Source: Lingula anatina
Taxonomy: Eukaryota; Animalia; Brachiopoda
Direction: 5' to 3'
Length of the DNA: 64,000 nt
Assembly (NCBI GenBank): GCA_051362555.1
Contig: CM120642.1
Span: 2,604,001-2,668,000 of the forward strand
The notes beneath the pieces are model-generated. The model worked only from the letters and a program-made list of their open reading frames with translations, was not told the DNA's origin and did no database searches. The stretch's first letter is position 1, and the number at the start of each line of letters is the position of its first letter. A program made the position numbers and the translations under genes. Below, in pieces: positions 38,401 to 49,300 of this stretch.

Positions 38401-41400
38401 TATGATCTACACCCATTGTTTGAAGATAATTGCGAAATTCCCCCGCGCTAAATTCGCTACCTCTATCTGTGATGATAATTTCTGGTATGCTATGTCTGGG
38501 AAAGAATTCTGTAGCTAAAGCCAATTCAACTGCTTTTGAAGACTTGTCCGGAATGGGATAACTTTCGGCCCAACCCGTTAAATAACAAATAACATTCAAA
38601 CAATACCTGTTTCCCTTTGGTGATTCTTGAAACGGGCCAATCAGGTCCATACCCACAACTTGAAAGGGGTAAGCGGGCATTGGCAATTCGCCTAAGGTGG
38701 TTCTTTGGGGGGTGCTTTTATGGGCTAGACAAGTCGGACATCGTTTTACCCATTTAGAAATGTGTTTCCTCATCCCTTTCCAAACATAACATTCCCTGAC
38801 ACGACAAAGGGTTTTATAAACGGACATGTGTCCCACATCTTTATGGCAGCGGTCAATGATATTGTTCCTGAACTGTTTAGGCAGCAATAAACGCGGATAA
38901 TCGGGCTCTGTCGGATTAGGTGGTCTGACCGAGTAAAGAATCCCTTGGAGAATTTCGTAATCTGAGTCTTCGTTTTGGGCTTCAGCTATCTCCGCCGGAA
39001 ATTCCGCGGTTTGGTGTTGTCTTATATCATCAACATTTAACCCATCGGCTTCAATTGGGATGTTATGTAAAGCCATGCTATCCGGAAATGACCTTGGATC
39101 CACCCAATCCTCTTCCGTGTCGATAATGGCTATTTCCTCGCGCTCTGATGGGAGTCTACTCAAAAAATCCGCGCACACGTTTTTCGCGCCTTTTATGTAT
39201 TCAATTTTAGGATTGTATTCAGCTAAAATTGCCGCCCATCTTTGCAATCTCGCATTTTGCAGTTTAGAAGAAAATAGCGCTTTCAAGGGCTTATGATCGG
39301 TGTAAATGGTCAAATCCGCGCCCCACAAATACGGTCGCAATTTGTTGACATTGTACATAACCGCGTAAGCTTCTTTTTCGATGGTAGAATACCTTTGTTG
39401 ACTGGGTGACAGTTTGTGGCTGACATACTGAATCACTCTATCTTCCCCTTGCTCGTCCGTCTGCACCAAAACACCGCCTATCGCGTGATTACAAGCGTCT
39501 GTGTAAAGTTTGTACGGCTCGTTTATTCGCGGGTGTGCCATCACTTTGTTGGACATCAGCAGTTCTTTTAATCTGTCGAAACTTCTCTGATGCTCTTCCC
39601 TCCACTCAAATCGCTCGTTTTTCTTCGTTAGTTTGTACAATGGGGCTGCTACTCTCGCAAAATCAGGGACCGTACGCGCATAATAGTTACAGGTGCCTAA
39701 AAAGGACCTAACATCTTTCGCTTTCCGCGGCGTCGGCATGTTTTTAATTGGTTGTAATTTGTCGGGATTGCTGCGAATCCCGTCTTTGCTTATGATGTAA
39801 CCAAGGAGATGTACTTCACCTTTGGCAAATTCGCATTTCTTTGGGTGGATTTTGAGGTTAGCTTCGCGGAATCTTTCTAAAACCTGACGCACATGTTCGA
39901 CATGTTCCTCCATTGTTTTCGAGAAAATCACGCAGTCGTCTATGTAACAGTACACCGACTTCCCAATAAGGCCGTTTAAAACGCGATCTAACAGCTTCTG
40001 GTAGTGATTAGGTCCGTTAACCAAACCAAAAGGGACGCGTTTGTATTCAAATAGACCTTTGTGGCAAATAAAAGCGGTTTTATGCATATCTGCCTCGTCT
40101 AACGTGCACTGGTGAAACCCCTGTTTCAGGTCCAGGACGCTAAAATACGCCGCTCCTCCCATGTTGTCAAAGATGTCGCTGATAAGTGGCAACGGGTACC
40201 TATCGACCTTTGTTATCTCGTTTATTTTGCGGTAATCGACGCAAAATCTCATGGAACCGTCCGATTTCGGCGTAAGAAGTACCGGGGAACTCCACTGACT
40301 GTGACTCGGCCTAATCACGTCATTATCGAGCAAATTTTGTATTTCCTTTTCTATGAGTTCCCTTTTTGCTAGTGGTGCGCGATAAGCTCGTTGTTGAACG
40401 GGTCTATTGTCTCCGGTGTCGATTATCATCGGCAACAGGTCGCATTTGCCTAGGGGATTCTCGGTAGAACTAAATACGTCGCGGTATTCGTTGATCATCG
40501 CGTCAATATCGGCATTTCCCGATGACGGTGGCAACTGAACTATTTCCGCGATCAGACCTGGCCGTCCGTAGTCGGTCAAAGACCATTCTTTGCCGAAGAA
40601 AACCATTGTTTTTTGTACACAATTTATTTCCGCGTTCCCGCTCTTTAAAATATCGATCCCCAGTATCATTTCATGCTCAATATTCGCGATCACTACTACC
40701 TCGAAAATGCTGGCCCCGTCAATTTTTATTCTTGCTTTGCCTTTGACCTCGAGTTTCTCTCCCGACACACTGTAAATTTCGTTTGTCTTCTCTAAAAAAC
40801 ACGTTCTACCCGTTGCTTTGCAGATCTTTAAAAACATGTCTAAACGCAGGCAACTACAACTGGCACCACTGTCAATCAAACTTTTGCACTGCACGCCGCT
40901 AACGGATAGTGAAACGCCTAATCTATAACTTAGTGGTTTGGTCATAGCGCCTGCCGTAACTAGTTTAAATGGTTCCTCTGTCGTCTGAGTTGGTAACATT
41001 CCGCTTTTTTATGACCCGGTTTGTTACAGTGAAAACATCGTATCGTACTCTCCTCACGCCTGCCAGTATTATCTCGGACCCCTTGCGGTAAACTGTAACT
41101 TCCCTGCGAACGCGACTGTTGGTGTGGCCGCTGTGTATGTTTGTGCGATTTTGGAGTGGGGTTTGGGGAGTTGTATACGCGCGTTTCCACTTTTGCTATA
41201 CGCGTTTGCATTTGCTCCTGTGCTTTTAGTGCCTGTTGTATGTGTTTAGAGGTTTCCTGTAGTTGAGATAAAAGCAGTGCAGTATCTTTATTGACCGCGT
41301 TAACAGAAGATATGTCCATATCTTCCTCTACTCTGGGTGAAAAAACTTTCTCGGCAAATTTGTTTTGTGTGATGGTGTTAGTTTGCGGCGCGTGGTGACC

Positions 41401-42606
41401 CTGCGTGGTCATTTGCCTAAAGATTTCTCTCCCGCAATTTTCGTTTTCGGTCCACTGAATGGCAGCCTCCAGAGTCTCAGGTCGGCCCCTGACAATTAAT
41501 TCCTCAGCCAATTGCTGATTCAACAATCCGCGCGTATAGGCTCTTACTATAAATCTTTCCGTATCCGCGCCACGTGGAGCGGCGTACGCGCGACTTGCCG
41601 CCTCCCTAAACCTTCTATTAAATTCCAACAACGTCTCGAACGATGCTTGACGTAAAACCTCCAATTCCGATTTAAGGCGCTCGGATTCATTCGCAGACAA
41701 AAAAGAACGTTGAATGTGTTCTTTAATAACTCTCCACGGGGTTTCCAACCTTTCTGGCTGCGTTTGCAAAAACCTCTCTATCTCCCTCCTGAGGGCCCCC
41801 CTTGACGTTTTCGTTACCAATTTAACTGCTCCCCCGACAATATCATGTAAAGAAGCATACATTACCTCTAAGTCGTCTAGGTACGATCTTACCTCCGACA
41901 CCACCGCTCCGTCGCAGACTGTTATACCTTTAGCCGCCTCTTCTATTCTCTTCTCTTTGATAGAACGCACATGCCCTCCTTGAATGTCCTGTGCAATTAT
42001 TTGCAGCGTCTCCACGAGTTGCTGCATCCCCTCGGCCATTGTGTAAGCTCAGATATTCCTCTTGCGAAACGTAAAAATTTAACTGGCGAGCGACGCCAAA
42101 ACGTGTCCGGAACCGCGCAAATTTAGATATAAACGTAATTTGGAATTAGGCTCGAAATACGGACACCGTTGGAAACTTTTAGATATTTAGTATAACCTTC
42201 CAGATTCGCGGTCGAAATCTTTACGTCTAAACGCTACAGAGGAAATCCACACTGACAAGAATGACCAGTTTCAATCGTTTAATGTGAACTCGTTGCCTGC
42301 TCAGGTACATTCTGACTCTCTATTCAATATTACAACCTTTAGTACGTACTCCAGCCAATGGCTTCATACACTTCCTTATCACTGGCTTCTTAATGCGACA
42401 GGTAAACAAGCCCTACTCAGCCTCTTCAAAATTGACACAACGTATTATAGAGAATACAATAAAAGTTATGACTTGAAATTATTGACATCGTCTATGAAAT
42501 ATTAAATGTCTCCGACACCTGGAGTATAGTTCTCTACATGTACAGTTTTGAAAGTGAAGAGATTTCAGATGAAACAGATATGAAATACAAAAGGGACACA
42601 TTGTGA

Positions 42607-42646
<40 letters not shown>

Positions 42647-44262
42647 TCAGTTCCCCGACATTCCTCAACAAGCCACTATTTCAGCTCGTGGATCAGGTTC
42701 GGCGCTTGTACAGGTAAAAAAATACTTGATGGCTCTTTTCCAATAGTTACTCCCCATGTTTACTATAGGGCGTGCGATAGAATTTCTTTATGGAATCCCA
42801 GTACGTAGAATCATGAAGGATTCCCATGGAGTCCTGTAGGATCCCTACTGGAGACAGATGGAGTCATATATGACATCCTAAATGGAATTCTCTTAAGAAC
42901 TTCTCGTGAAGCCTTCGGAATCTATCTTATTATTCAGTTAAGACGATATTACGTTTTGTAAGATTATGAAATGTTAGTGAGGTAACCAGATCGCTTGTTG
43001 GAAGAGTGTGCTTGAAATGTAAACGGTGTTTTTGTTTTAGGTCACTGTCAAGTATAACGTCATGTCGGACAAGAGGGAGAAATCGTTTGATCTTAACGTG
43101 ACCGTACTGGAGGAAAGCGATAATGCCATGAAATTGCGAGTCTGCACCAGGTAAAGTTACATGTACATAATACGTTATTATCAAGTTTTGGTTTAGATCT
43201 TCCATTAAATGCAAACAATGCCAAACCACACTAATCCGCACAAAATCCGATTTCAATATATGTGTATGCTTTCATTGTGAAATATGGTTCTGTAAATGAT
43301 GCTACTTCCAAACAATAAATAACACCTTTTCACAGAAAAATACTTTTTTAAAGAAGGTCAAGTCTCTCTAGCATTGTCGCTACATTGCTTACATTAGACC
43401 GCACAGCCGTTATCAAATATCTCTTTTATTTCAACGTGGTAGATATCTCAAAGCCGGTAAAACTGGAATGGCCATAGAGCAGATTCAGCTACCAGGAGGG
43501 TTTGATGCTGACATGGAGAGTCTGAAAGATGTCGAATTCATTCAGAGGGTGGAAAAGAAAGAAAGGAAGGTCGTTCTATACCTTGATGAGGTAATTAGAA
43601 AAAATGGTTGATAATTGCAAGTCTGGGGTTTACTTTTAGTCGGTTAGAATAACTTCTGCGATGGCATTTCTTCGTCACCAAGTTTACTGAACATTATATG
43701 CTTGTTTTAAGGAAGAGAACATGCATTTCAAGCCCTTTTAATGATTCAGCAGCTCCTTGATTGTATTTGACTTAATCTGTTCATGGAATTTTATTGAAGG
43801 TATTTGTACATTGTACATTTATGAAACATGTATGTATTTTAGATCGATCAGAGGGCCACGTGTGTTGACCTGACGCTGTATAGAAGTGACTTGGTAGCCA
43901 AGACACAGCCTGCCATTGTTAAGGTTACAGATTACTATTCACCAGGTAATTATATTCATTCATTTTTGTATCTGTTCATTCATTTGTTCAATCTTGGCTG
44001 ATGTGTTGGCTGATCGATTAATAAAAACTAAAAATGATAGATTATTGGATGGCTAGACAGTTTTTAAGTCGCACGTTACGATCAGGCAATTCCAAAACAG
44101 ATAGTTATTAATATTTGGTAAAAAGATGCTTCAGTTTCAAATTATTATTATTTTTTAACAAAAGGTAACGAAGAAGTGGCCTCTTATTCCTCGGAAAAAT
44201 TGGAGAAGGTCAATATCTGTGACCTGTGTAAGGAGAACTGCGAAGTTTGTTTACCACAGTAA
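17850..44262 (+). CDS. TEP-2: complete secreted thioester-containing protein (CD109/iTEP-like), about 35 exons per isoform, with an alternative bait exon
   Basis: Exon 1 17850-17920 encodes a signal peptide (MWTRPVFGAVVAALWIACAYG). Other exons include a 26-nt micro-exon 19641-19666, TQTDKGIYQPGQTV (20477-20660), 22421-22505, 24151-24447, 26840-26891, alternative exons 27490-29106, 29878-29995, the GCGEQ exon 31857-32033, 33951-34147, 34604-34750 and 42651-42713. The last exon 44165-44262 ends CDLCKENCEVCLPQ-stop, followed by AATAAA at 44271. No C345C domain, TM segment or GPI tail is visible. Confidence 0.94.
19340..19449. mobile_element. Possible small Tc1/mariner-type MITE
   Basis: CACTGAGCAAAAATATAAACG ... 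GTTTTGTTGTTCAGTG followed by TA; imperfect TIR, and only the right flank is TA. Confidence 0.35.
27490..27682 (+). CDS. TEP-2 alternative bait exon A (Gly/Ala-rich, 193 nt)
   Basis: catttgcag|AA..AG|gtatgt. GGAYARGGGGGGGGIAFSAVADTNLAAAPGPAATSGGASEGLQPVTRVRKFFPETWIWSKTTV. Confidence 0.9.
27702..27888 (+). CDS. TEP-2 alternative bait exon B (Thr-rich, 187 nt)
   Basis: tttgattgtag|AG..AG|gtgtgt. RHWYLTTTYRPTATFATTTSTRQPATTTVPPVVSTPTRKSGTSPRVRQFFPEAWIWDTFSM. The acceptor lies only 19 nt after the exon A donor. Confidence 0.72.
28088..28271 (+). CDS. TEP-2 alternative bait exon C (collagen-like, 184 nt)
   Basis: cattgcag|TA..AG|gtatgg. FRPIPYYKTIDSIAEGPLGVPGAPGPAPPATQGPTQSNLQPVTRVRKLFPETWIWSKTTL. 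Confidence 0.9.
28531..28708 (+). CDS. TEP-2 alternative bait exon D (collagen-like/Pro-rich, 178 nt; not in the ORF track)
   Basis: cattgcag|TC..AG|gtacgg. RRPLPYYPGVDGLDGAPGMFPPAPMPVASPRGSGNNVQPVTRVRKHFPETWIWSKTTV. Confidence 0.9.
28929..29106 (+). CDS. TEP-2 alternative bait exon E (acidic, 178 nt)
   Basis: cattgcag|CC..GG|gtatgt. HRLVPKYLEIGDRNRALASGPVPEESVDSTDSSGNDLQPVGRVRQYFPETWIWSEVSL. Confidence 0.9.
34932..35354 (-). repeat. 3' LTR (423 bp)
   Basis: Matches 42104-42517 apart from a 9-nt indel (GGATAACGC); polypurine tract GGGAAAGGGAGGAATA on the minus strand at 35355-35370. Confidence 0.95.
37394..40969 (-). CDS. pol: Gypsy Pol polyprotein (PR-RT-RNaseH-IN)
   Basis: LIDSGAS protease, YIDD RT, TDAC/EKEAYA/TDHKPL RNase H, HHCC and DDE integrase, all in one uninterrupted ORF of about 1200 aa. 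Confidence 0.96.
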   Translation of the reverse strand, partial: FKLVTAGAMTKPLSYRLGVSLSVSGVQCKSLIDSGASCSCLRLDMFLKICKATGRTCFLEKTNEIYSVSGEKLEVKGKARIKIDGASIFEVVVIANIEHEMILGIDILKSGNAEINCVQKTMVFFGKEWSLTDYGRPGLIAEIVQLPPSSGNADIDAMINEYRDVFSSTENPLGKCDLLPMIIDTGDNRPVQQRAYRAPLAKRELIEKEIQNLLDNDVIRPSHSQWSSPVLLTPKSDGSMRFCVDYRKINEITKVDRYPLPLISDIFDNMGGAAYFSVLDLKQGFHQCTLDEADMHKTAFICHKGLFEYKRVPFGLVNGPNHYQKLLDRVLNGLIGKSVYCYIDDCVIFSKTMEEHVEHVRQVLERFREANLKIHPKKCEFAKGEVHLLGYIISKDGIRSNPDKLQPIKNMPTPRKAKDVRSFLGTCNYYARTVPDFARVAAPLYKLTKKNERFEWREEHQRSFDRLKELLMSNKVMAHPRINEPYKLYTDACNHAIGGVLVQTDEQGEDRVIQYVSHKLSPSQQRYSTIEKEAYAVMYNVNKLRPYLWGADLTIYTDHKPLKALFSSKLQNARLQRWAAILAEYNPKIEYIKGAKNVCADFLSRLPSEREEIAIIDTEEDWVDPRSFPDSMALHNIPIEADGLNVDDIRQHQTAEFPAEIAEAQNEDSDYEILQGILYSVRPPNPTEPDYPRLLLPKQFRNNIIDRCHKDVGHMSVYKTLCRVRECYVWKGMRKHISKWVKRCPTCLAHKSTPQRTTLGELPMPAYPFQVVGMDLIGPFQESPKGNRYCLNVICYLTGWAESYPIPDKSSKAVELALATEFFPRHSIPEIIITDRGSEFSAGEFRNYLQTMGVDHRRTTAYNPKCNGKVEKFNQCFKGLLARLVNNNTRTWEEQIANALFAYRNSVSSVTGYTPFFLVYGRNPRMPLSTLVGASNNHHPLKGRLSDLSDALTAARDNLQAARLENKRRFDAKANANKIEVGDSVIVFAPDNVTFGSKWDPVWTVTRQRGNVFWVSHQQTGKSRVVNRDKLRLVDRGLAWDEIRPRARRVFRRRPNPIRAELQLGTTPVNANAPRAEVNQRAAVSNSNGRSQVAERIESEMPVSVGGESQAASRRPTLHAKRKHNTMTRHHTPTHSHNTRFRKRCIQATEQEDALLSQIEGDELDGPQPVKALRITDSGSGENMEVDSMHR
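40960..42039 (-). CDS. gag: Gypsy Gag
   Basis: 359-aa ORF with a C-terminal CCHC knuckle CFHCNKPGHKKAEC; overlaps pol in the -1 frame. Confidence 0.93.
   Translation of the reverse strand: MAEGMQQLVETLQIIAQDIQGGHVRSIKEKRIEEAAKGITVCDGAVVSEVRSYLDDLEVMYASLHDIVGGAVKLVTKTSRGALRREIERFLQTQPERLETPWRVIKEHIQRSFLSANESERLKSELEVLRQASFETLLEFNRRFREAASRAYAAPRGADTERFIVRAYTRGLLNQQLAEELIVRGRPETLEAAIQWTENENCGREIFRQMTTQGHHAPQTNTITQNKFAEKVFSPRVEEDMDISSVNAVNKDTALLLSQLQETSKHIQQALKAQEQMQTRIAKVETRVYNSPNPTPKSHKHTQRPHQQSRSQGSYSLPQGVRDNTGRREESTIRCFHCNKPGHKKAECYQLRRQRNHLN
42083..42098 (-). other. Putative primer-binding site
   Basis: TGGCGTCGCTCGCCAG starts 5 nt inside the 5' LTR boundary; the cognate tRNA was not identified. 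Confidence 0.45.
42104..42517 (-). repeat. 5' LTR (414 bp)
   Basis: Direct repeat of 34932-35354. Confidence 0.95.
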
Positions 44263-44352
44263 GTGTTAATAATAAATATTCTATAAATAATTAATCTTTG
44301 GTGTGCGGTTATGCATACCGGGGCCTCGGGGTGTTATTTGAAATGCTTGTAC

Positions 44353-44628
44353 CAGGGGCGGATCCAAGATTATTTGAAGGGGGGATGCGAAGCCGACCCC
44401 CCCCCCCCCCCCCCAACCCCCACCACCACCACCACACACACACACACACACACATCGGGTTCGGGGCCCAATGAAGAGCCCCGGAAAAAGTTGGTACTTT
44501 AAAGGGCGAGCGTTGTTATTTGGTATGGTTTAGATCTATGATTCAGCTAGTGAAAATTCCAATGTCAAGAGGGGACCAGAAATCGAAGGGGGACAAGACC
44601 CCCTGACCCCCTCTCTAATCCGCCACTG
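44353..44628 (+). mobile_element. MITE-like repeat (third copy), just 3' of TEP-2
   Basis: CAGGGGCGGATCC...AATCCGCCACTG flanked by the direct repeat TTGTAC. Confidence 0.75.
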
Positions 44629-46399
44629 TTGTACGTATAATGAAGTGATATACTGACATCAACCGATTTCCCACCATTGGAGGAGAGTTTTCCGTACATC
44701 TTATAATGCAACATTAAGCTCTCTACTCTTACTTTCCAGATTTAGCTGCCGAGGCAAAGGTAATGGTTTGCACCGCGATGACCGCCACTGCGACAGGTTT
44801 TATTATTGCTTCTACCAGAAAGTTTACTACGCCTTTAAATGTCCAAAGGGATATTTGTTCAATGGGCTTTACTGTGACTTTGCCAGCAAGGTCACCGATT
44901 GTAACGTGTTCAAGTAAGAAGTAACCATTTGACGTCGTGGCAACGTTGAGACATCAGTAATTCCTGGCACTTACATGTTTACTACACAGCGTTTTGCTTA
45001 ATGTTGTTTCCATTAGGGAACTGGCATTTGATCACAATAATATAAGCCTATTGCAAAATCAACCAAGCAATTGTCTTTTTGTATACTGACAGGAATTATC
45101 AAAGACAAATATCGTTGATTTATAAAATCCCTTTTGATGCAAAATAGCTAGTAGAGACAGCAAACACAGTAACAATTTTTATTATATAGAACAAGGCTAC
45201 TTGCAACTTTTAAAACAAGCATTTCCTTAGTGATACAACATTAGGGTTTATATAAGAATATTTAGATATGTCACGTCTTCAGTTCGATTGTACTGTTATT
45301 TCAAAAATGTAAAGTTTATTTTATAATTGTTCCACTTAATGTTGTATTGTAATGATGTAGAAATACCCAAATATATACGTTTCTCTGTACGTTTTTGCGG
45401 TTGTAAAATTTGTAGAAAAACAGTTATTATAAAATATAATAACAAGACGCAGAAGTGTCAAAATAAAAGCAGGATCTTTTTTGTCACTTTGCTTCGAATT
45501 CTAAAGAAGTTGTCAATAAAGTTCAGATTTGCAGTGATTGAAGTGTCCGTCTTGCAAAAACTTTGACTAATCTGGCCCCCGTAACTCGAAAGCATCGCGC
45601 AAGCATCTCGATTCCATACCCCCCCCCCATACTCGTCCCATTTAGGCCCAATAGCCTCCAAATAAAGGTGATTCGCAATTCGCTTTGCTTTCGTGTTACG
45701 GAGCCTTGATCTTCAAATCCGAATTACTTGATACGCATGGAACTTAAAATATGAATTACTTTTATTATAACTACCATTAGGACTACTGCCTTACTGACCG
45801 AAGATTGTGAATCCCCAGTGGTATTAAAGGTTCACTGCCATATGAAGCACTTAAAGGGTTTTCATCAACGCATTCTTTTAACTTGTTTGAACATCTTTAA
45901 ATGAGAACTCATAAATTTAGTTTTATTATCTCTCCCCTACCTTCCCCTATTGGACGATGCTCATTCCTTCCCACAGCTGCCTTCCTATGTACCGGGCCCT
46001 CTTCCGTATTTTGTTATCTTGTTTTTATATCTATTTTTATAAGGTAAATGCATAATGCTAATACCGAACTGCCACCTTTGCATATACATTTTTTAAGCAT
46101 TCATTCTTGCATTAATACATATGATGCCATCTTTGAACATCACATATCTTAAAATGTTGTTTTACAATATTGTCGAGTATAGGGAACACATTTTGTCTAA
46201 GCCCTATTAAACCATAACCCCATGTATAACGAACCTATGATATTAAATAGTAATAATAATATAATCTTTCTAAATGCATGTTTGACAGACTCACCAATTC
46301 ACCAATATTTTTATGCTAACCTGCATAAGGAACCAAGCATGCGTTTAGATCACTGTATTCTACACAAATCAAGAGCAGGCAAATTCCAGACTAGAATAA

Positions 46400-49300
46400 T
46401 TAGATGATAACCTGGCAAATATACTGTCCAAGTTCGGAACATTCTTCGTCTAGCCACTTAAAAGGAGTTGATCTAGTGTTCACAGCACCACAGTTTTTGT
46501 TAGCTTTCTTGGGTGCCTGTCCGCCATCGTTACCATTCCAATTCACGTATCCCGTAGCCGGGGTGCCGTCCAACCACTCCCATGTACCAGGGGGTGACTG
46601 CTGCTCCAAACCAATCCACGATAACTCCAGTGCAGCACTAAAATAAAATAAACCAGGTCTTACAACTCATTATTTTTCCTCCGACCCTACTAGCAACATC
46701 CCTTGGTAAAGAAGGCGTAGTTGGGTCTGGGTGGGGTATGTAAAGTTTGAAAACTCATCAAAAGACACAAAAAAAGTGCTAGAAAAGGTTTTGAACCTAC
46801 TCAGCTGGGATAATAGATTCAATGTCATCAGTTTCTTCGGCACTCAATACAATTGCCAGTGTACTTCCATTAACAATTGTAGGGCATTGTGTCTTGGCAT
46901 CGTTGTAGTTAAGTGGGCCACTAAAGAATTGAAAACATTTGCTTCCGTCATTTGATATCTTCCAGAGTTCAGTTCCAGGTGGACCGTCCGTGCAGGCTAA
47001 AAACAACAAGACATCACATACGGAATTACAATTAAGACTAAATACTAGTAAACAAATTTTAAAAAGAATTAAGAAAAATATGTGTACAATTTAAATTATA
47101 CATCTATTAGTTATCATTCCACATATTCAGTATGTATAATTATATAAGTTTCCAATAAGCTATTTTAAAAATCCTGCACCTTTCACTATTAGTATTTTTA
47201 TGCATTAAATTCACATTGTAGGCATTACAGATTGTCACTTACATAAAACTTGAATACATTCTGTGCCATTTCCGCTAAAGCCAGGTAAACAAGAACAACT
47301 GAAACTGCCTACAGTGTTTGTACATGTGGCATTTTCTGCACAGTTGTCTGTATTCAAGGAACACTCGTCCAAATCATCACATGTTGTGCCATCACCAGTG
47401 AATCCAGGCAGACAAGAACAACTGAAACTGCCAACAGTGTCTGTACATGTGGCATTTTCTGCACAGTTGTCTGTACCCAAAGAACACTCGTCCAAATTAT
47501 TACATGTTGTGCCATCACCAGTGAAGCCAGCTAAACAAGAACAACTGAAACTGCCAACAGTGTCTATACATGTGGCATTTTCTGCACAATTGTCTGCACC
47601 CAAGGAACACTCGTCCAAATTATTACATGTTGTACCATCACCACTGAAGCCAGCTAAACAAGAACAACTGAAACTGCCAACTGTATCTGTACATGTGGCG
47701 TTTTCTGCACAGTTGTCAGTACCCAAAGAGCACTCGTCCAAATCAGTACATGTAGTACCATCACCAGTGAAGCCAGATAAGCAAGAACAACTGAAACTGC
47801 CAACAGTGTCTGTACATGTGGCATTTTCTGCACAATTGTCTGTACCCAAGGAACACTCATCCAAATTAGCACATGTTGTGCCATCACCAGTGAAGCCAGC
47901 TAAACAAGAACAACTGAAACTGCCAACTGTATCTGTACATGTGGCGTTTTCTGCACAGTTGTCTGCACCCAAGGAACACTCGTCCAAATTATTACATGCT
48001 GTACCATCACCACTGAAGCCAGCTAAACAAGAACAACTGAAACTGCCAACTGTATCTGTACATGTGGCGTTTTCTGCACAGTTGTCAGTACCCAAAGAGC
48101 ACTCGTCCAAATCAGTACATGTAGTACCATCACCAGTGAAGCCAGATAAGCAAGAACAACTGAAACTGCCAACAGTGTCTGTACATGTGGCATTTTCTGC
48201 ACAATTGTCTGTACCCAAGGAACACTCGTCCAAATTAGCACATGTTGTGCCATCACCAGTGAAGCCAGCTAAACAAGAACAACTGAAACTGCCAACTGTA
48301 TCTGTACATGTGGCGTTTTCTGCACAGTTGTCAGTACCCAAAGAGCACTCGTCCAAATTATTACATGTAGTACCATCACCAGTGAAGCCAGATAAGCAAG
48401 AACAACTGAAACTGCCAATAGTGTCTGTACATGTGGCGTTTTCTGCACAGTTGTCAGTACCCAAAGAGCACTCGTCCAAATCAGTACATGTTGTACCATC
48501 ACCAGTGTAGCCAGCTAAACAAGAACAACTGAAACTGCCAACAGTATCTGTACATGTGGCAGTTTCTGCACAGTTGTCAGTACCCAAGGAACACTCGTCC
48601 AAATTAGCACATGTTGTGCCATCACCAGTGAAGCCAGCTAAACAAGAACAACTGAAACTGCCAACTGTATCTGTACATGTGGCGTTTTCTGCACAGTTGT
48701 CAGTACCCAAAGAGCACTCGTCCAAATCAGTACATGTAGTACCATCACCAGTGAAGCCAGATAAGCAAGAACAACTGAAACTGCCAACAGTGTCTGTACA
48801 TGTGGCATTTTCTGCACAATTGTCTGCACCCAAGGAACACTCGTCCAAATTAGTACATGTTGTGCCATCACCACTGAATCCAGGCAGACAAGAACAACTG
48901 AAACTGCCAACAGTGTCTGTACATGTGGCAGTTTCTGCACAATTGTCTGTACCCAAGGAACACTCGTCCAAATTAGCACATGTTGTACCATCACCAGTGT
49001 AGCCAGCTAAACAAGAACAACTGAAACTGCCAACAGTATCTGTACATGTGGCATTTTCTGCACAGTTGTCTGTACCCAAGGAACACTCGTCTGAATTAGC
49101 ACATGTTGTGCCATCACCAGTGAAGCCAGGTAAACATGAACAACTGAAACTGCCAACAGTATTTGTACATGTGGCATTTTCTGCACAGTTGTCTGTACCC
49201 AAGGAACACTCGTCTGGATCAGGGAAACATGTGAAACCTCCTTCTGTGTTAATACAATTTCCACCTTCTTCGCAGGCTGGTTTATTTGTACCAAATCCGG

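Larger units (their letters stand above)
34932..42517 (-). mobile_element. Full-length Ty3/Gypsy LTR retrotransposon, antisense in a TEP-2 intron
   Basis: Two LTRs TGTC...GACA, 4-bp TSD CCTG (34928-34931 and 42518-42521), gag and pol ORFs, and a PPT next to the 3' LTR. Confidence 0.97.

Noticed and set aside
17850-44262. Assigning a gene symbol (CD109, A2M or C3)
   Set aside because: No C345C domain or GPI tail, and the C-terminal Cys cluster is iTEP-like; orthology needs a phylogeny.
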